Assembly: GCF_014831675.1 (NCBI RefSeq)
Contig: NZ_VJXY01000060.1
Span: 1 to 36,577, forward strand
Source of the DNA: Komarekiella delphini-convector SJRDD-AB1
GTDB taxonomy: Bacteria; Cyanobacteriota; Cyanobacteriia; Cyanobacteriales; Nostocaceae
Length of the DNA stretch: 36,577 nt
Direction: 5' to 3'
A model generated the notes under the pieces. It was not told where the DNA came from and ran no database searches. It saw nothing but the letters and a program-made list of their open reading frames with translations. Made by a program: the position numbers and the translations under genes. Shown in pieces: positions 33,433 to 36,577 of the stretch; the stretch's first letter is position 1, and each line of letters opens with the position of its first letter.

Positions 33433-36400
33433 TTGATTTTTCTAATTGATAGATATTGTGTGCTTGTTCAAGAGATTTTTGGAGTTTTTGAGCTAGTACC
33501 TTAACATGAGGCTTACTAAGCATTGATATATGAGTACCAGGAACAAAATGAACTTCCACTTCTCCATCAGCAAACTGACTCCAACCCCATGTTGGATCTT
33601 GTAAAAGGCGATCGCAATTTTCCTGTTGAGAATTTCCCTCCTGAGCAAGAAACAAAGTAATTGGAACCGGATAAGTATTGTGTGGCACGTAATCTATTTG
33701 AACTTGAGTTTGGAAAACTTGTAATAAGCCACGAACTAATTTGATATCTGCCTGAGGAGGTAAAATGCCAACTATTTCTAACTGTTGCTTGAAATAGTTT
33801 ATTTGTTCCTCTGGTGTAAGAGAAGATAGAGCTTCATGAGATATTTGGAGATTTTCTCCAAACAATTCCTCAGCTATCCCAGCAATTGCATACATCCACT
33901 TGGCATTATCCCAATCAGAATAACTAACTTCAAGTTCAGAAGCCGGTGAAGTGTCTAAAATGGCAACATATGCAACAGATTGTCCAATACATCGTAACTG
34001 AGCCGCCATTTCAAAAGCGACTCTAGCTCCAAAGGAATGACCTCCCAAGAAATAAGGGCCGACTGGTTGAACTGTCTGAATAGCGTTAATGTATTGGGAT
34101 GCTATTTCTTCAATGCTCCCAAGAGGTTTTGTTTCACCATCAAAACCCTGTGCTTGTAGACCGTAGAAGGGTTGATCTTCTCCAAGATATTGTGCTAAGT
34201 CGTAAAAATAAAGAGCATTTCCCCCAGATCCAGGAACACAGAAAAAAGATGGTAATGAACCTTTAGGTTGAATTGGTACTAAAGGAGACCAGAGTTTTTC
34301 AGATGAATCAGAACTAAGAACAACCGCCATTTGTTCGATAGTAGGACTTTGGAACAGGATGGCTAAAGGTAAATTTTTCTGGAATTGTTGTTGAATTCTG
34401 GACATTAGACGGACAGCTAGAAGAGAATGACCGCCAAGTTCAAAGAAATTATCTCGAACCCCCACCGAAGTTATATTAAGAACTTGTGACCAGATTTGAG
34501 TTAGTTGAATTTCTATGAGTGTGCGTGGTGCGACATATTTATTTTCTCTGGTAATTTCTGCATCAAGCGCTAGTAGTGCTTTGCGGTCAAGTTTGCCATT
34601 GGGTGTAAGAGGTAGAGAGTCTAAGGTGACAAATGCACTAGGCAGCATGTACTCTGGTAGCTGTTGTCTGAGGTATTGACGCAATTGACTGATTGTGAGT
34701 GATTTGTCCTTAGCAACTACATAGGCGATTAAGCGTTTGCTAGTGTAGATATTCTCGGTGGCAATCACAACAGCTTGTTGGATGTGGGGATGGGTATTGA
34801 GGAGTGTTTCAATTTCTCCAAGTTCGATGCGGAAGCCTCGAATCTTGACTTGATGATCGATACGACCAAGAAACTCAATGTTACCATCACGACTATAGCG
34901 GGCTAAGTCGCCTGTTTTGTAAAGGCGTTCGGATTTTGAATTATTAAAGGGATTTGGGATAAATTTTTCTTGGGTTAATTCTGGGCGGTTGAGATAGCCT
35001 CTAGCTAAGCTATCACCCCCAATGTACAACTCTCCACAAACACCAACCGGAACTGGTTGTAAATGCTCATCTAAGATATAGATTTGGGTGTTGGCTATTG
35101 GTTTACCCATAGGGGGACAAATCGGCCATTTCTGGGGTGATTGTGTGAAAACGTAAGAAAGTACGACATGGGTTTCAGAAGGGCCGTATTGGTTATAGAA
35201 TTTACACTGGTCGAGACAAGAAAACAGATTGCTCATCTGTTGGCTAATCTGAAGTTGCTCCCCTGTTGCGATCGCTTCTGTAAGATTGGCAAACAACTGA
35301 GGTTGGTCTGCGTAAGCTTCTGCTAATTGCTGCCAAAGCACAACCGGCAGAGTTGCTTTTTGGATTGGGTTTTGTGCAAGGAAATGTACTAATTTATCCA
35401 AATCCAAACGAGAGTTCTCAGGAATTAAAAACAGTGTACCCCCCGAACACCAAGCAGCAAAGATTTCATGGAAACTGGCATCAAAACTCAGGGAGGCAAA
35501 CTGGAGGACTCCAACCCCTTTTGCCATTGTTGCTGAATGCCACTCAATGAGGTTGGTGAGGGTGCGATGGCATAGAGCGACTCCTTTAGGTAAACCTGTA
35601 GAACCAGAGGTGTAAATCACATAGAGCAAATTCTCAGGCTGCACTTGTGATTGTGGGTTGATGTCAGACTCAGCAGCGATTAACTGCCAGTGAGTATCTA
35701 GACAAACGACCTGTGCGGTGTGTGTAGGTAAGGATTCTAGTAACGATTGTTGGCTTAACAAGACTCCAACACTAGAATCCGCCAACATATAACTCAGGCG
35801 TTCTTGAGGATAGTTGGGGTCAAGAGGTACACATACTCCTCCAGCTTTAAGTATCCCCAATAGTCCCACCATCATCTCTATTGAACGTTCCACGCAAATA
35901 CCAACTAGCACTTCTGGCCCCACTCCCAGAGTTTGTAGATGATGCGCTAGTTGGTTGGCTGTTTGATTTAATTGTTGATAGGTCAACTGCTCTCTATCAA
36001 ACACCACTGCTACCGCATCCGGTGTTTTCTCTGCCTGCTGCTCAAACAACTGATGAATACATTTATGAGAGTACTCAGTAGCGGTATCATTCCACTCGCT
36101 CAATAACTGATGACGTTCTGCTTGAGTTAACAAAGGTAATTCACCCACCGTCTGTGAAGGATTTTCTACAATTGCTAACAACAAGTTCTGGAAATGCTTA
36201 GCCATCTGCTCAATGGTTGACCCATCAAACAAGTCAGTATTGTACTCCCATGACCCTACTAATCCCTGGTCAGTTTCGATGACTGACACTGTCAAATCAA
36301 ACTTCGCAATTGTGCTTTGTTGATTTAACTGAGTCAAAGTTACACCAGGTAACTTCACTTCTGCCATTGGGGCATTTTGTAATATAAACATTACCTGGAA

Positions 36401-36577
36401 CAAAGCAGAGTAAGCTAAAGAACGTTGTGGTTGTAGTGCTTCAACTACTTGTTCAAAAGGCACATCCTGATGTTCATAAGCTTTGAGTGTGGTTTCTCTG
36501 ACTTGTGCAAGTAAACTCTCAAAACTAGGATTATCTTCAAAACGGCTTCTCAACACCAAGGTATTCACAAAAAAGCC
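33410..36577 (-). CDS. NRPS, terminal module (partial C)-A-T-TE; 5' end outside window
   Basis: - The frame is open to the window edge ('GFFVNTLVLRSRF...', the C-domain C5-C7 region).
- A domain: 'LLYVIYTSGSTGLPKGV', 'FDASFHE', 'KATLPV', 'AIATGE', 'NQYGPSETHVVL', 'YKTGDLARY', 'GRIDHQVKIRGFRIELGEIE' and 'NGKLDR'.
- T domain: 'FFELGGHSLL'.
- TE: 'FFCVPGSGG', 'GGHSFGA' and 'PGTHISML'.
- The pocket reads approximately D-A-H-T-I-T-Q-V-V-K, which I cannot assign. Confidence 0.95.
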   Translation of the reverse strand, partial: GFFVNTLVLRSRFEDNPSFESLLAQVRETTLKAYEHQDVPFEQVVEALQPQRSLAYSALFQVMFILQNAPMAEVKLPGVTLTQLNQQSTIAKFDLTVSVIETDQGLVGSWEYNTDLFDGSTIEQMAKHFQNLLLAIVENPSQTVGELPLLTQAERHQLLSEWNDTATEYSHKCIHQLFEQQAEKTPDAVAVVFDREQLTYQQLNQTANQLAHHLQTLGVGPEVLVGICVERSIEMMVGLLGILKAGGVCVPLDPNYPQERLSYMLADSSVGVLLSQQSLLESLPTHTAQVVCLDTHWQLIAAESDINPQSQVQPENLLYVIYTSGSTGLPKGVALCHRTLTNLIEWHSATMAKGVGVLQFASLSFDASFHEIFAAWCSGGTLFLIPENSRLDLDKLVHFLAQNPIQKATLPVVLWQQLAEAYADQPQLFANLTEAIATGEQLQISQQMSNLFSCLDQCKFYNQYGPSETHVVLSYVFTQSPQKWPICPPMGKPIANTQIYILDEHLQPVPVGVCGELYIGGDSLARGYLNRPELTQEKFIPNPFNNSKSERLYKTGDLARYSRDGNIEFLGRIDHQVKIRGFRIELGEIETLLNTHPHIQQAVVIATENIYTSKRLIAYVVAKDKSLTISQLRQYLRQQLPEYMLPSAFVTLDSLPLTPNGKLDRKALLALDAEITRENKYVAPRTLIEIQLTQIWSQVLNITSVGVRDNFFELGGHSLLAVRLMSRIQQQFQKNLPLAILFQSPTIEQMAVVLSSDSSEKLWSPLVPIQPKGSLPSFFCVPGSGGNALYFYDLAQYLGEDQPFYGLQAQGFDGETKPLGSIEEIASQYINAIQTVQPVGPYFLGGHSFGARVAFEMAAQLRCIGQSVAYVAILDTSPASELEVSYSDWDNAKWMYAIAGIAEELFGENLQISHEALSSLTPEEQINYFKQQLEIVGILPPQADIKLVRGLLQVFQTQVQIDYVPHNTYPVPITLFLAQEGNSQQENCDRLLQDPTWGWSQFADGEVEVHFVPGTHISMLSKPHVKVLAQKLQKSLEQAHNIYQLEKSNAQTTQN

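Overview
This 36.6-kb window reads as a chromosome segment from a filamentous, Nostocales-type cyanobacterium. The evidence is many HIP1 GCGATCGC sites, STRR-like CAACAGT heptamer arrays, Nostoc-type palindromic intergenic repeats and a light-dependent protochlorophyllide reductase gene.

Positions 1-6.1 kb carry ordinary or accessory genes. A PIG-L-like deacetylase fragment is translationally coupled to a NodS-like methyltransferase, with a convergent GT2 glycosyltransferase. A GNAT acetyltransferase follows, then por with an uncharacterised ATP-grasp gene behind it. This part ends in a decayed PhoD-like remnant and a 9-mer tandem array.

From 6.7 to 29.4 kb the + strand encodes one complete, apparently orphan hybrid NRPS-PKS assembly line, in this order:
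- an Rv2949c-type chorismate pyruvate-lyase, a stand-alone adenylating enzyme and a stand-alone carrier protein (predicted 4-hydroxybenzoate starter cassette, conspicuously AT-rich);
- an NRPS C-A(Thr-like)-T;
- a free-standing PRMT-fold methyltransferase carrying an NRPS-type N-terminal docking domain;
- an NRPS dock-C-A(Ile/Val-like)-T;
- a minimal PKS KS-AT(malonyl)-carrier with no reductive domains and an in-frame heptamer-repeat insertion;
- a bimodular NRPS dock-C-A-T-C-A-T-TE whose two A-domain pockets carry Lys/Arg at position 239;
- a McyF-like Asp/Glu racemase.

From 30.1 kb to the window end the - strand carries the tail of a second assembly line (C-A-T-TE, 5' end outside the window). 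It is followed by an MFS exporter, an Asp/Asn beta-hydroxylase-family oxygenase and a PhyH/EctD-like oxygenase, all converging on the first cluster.

No rRNA, tRNA, CRISPR array, transposase or integrase was recognised. All family calls rest on reading motifs by eye; no database search was possible.
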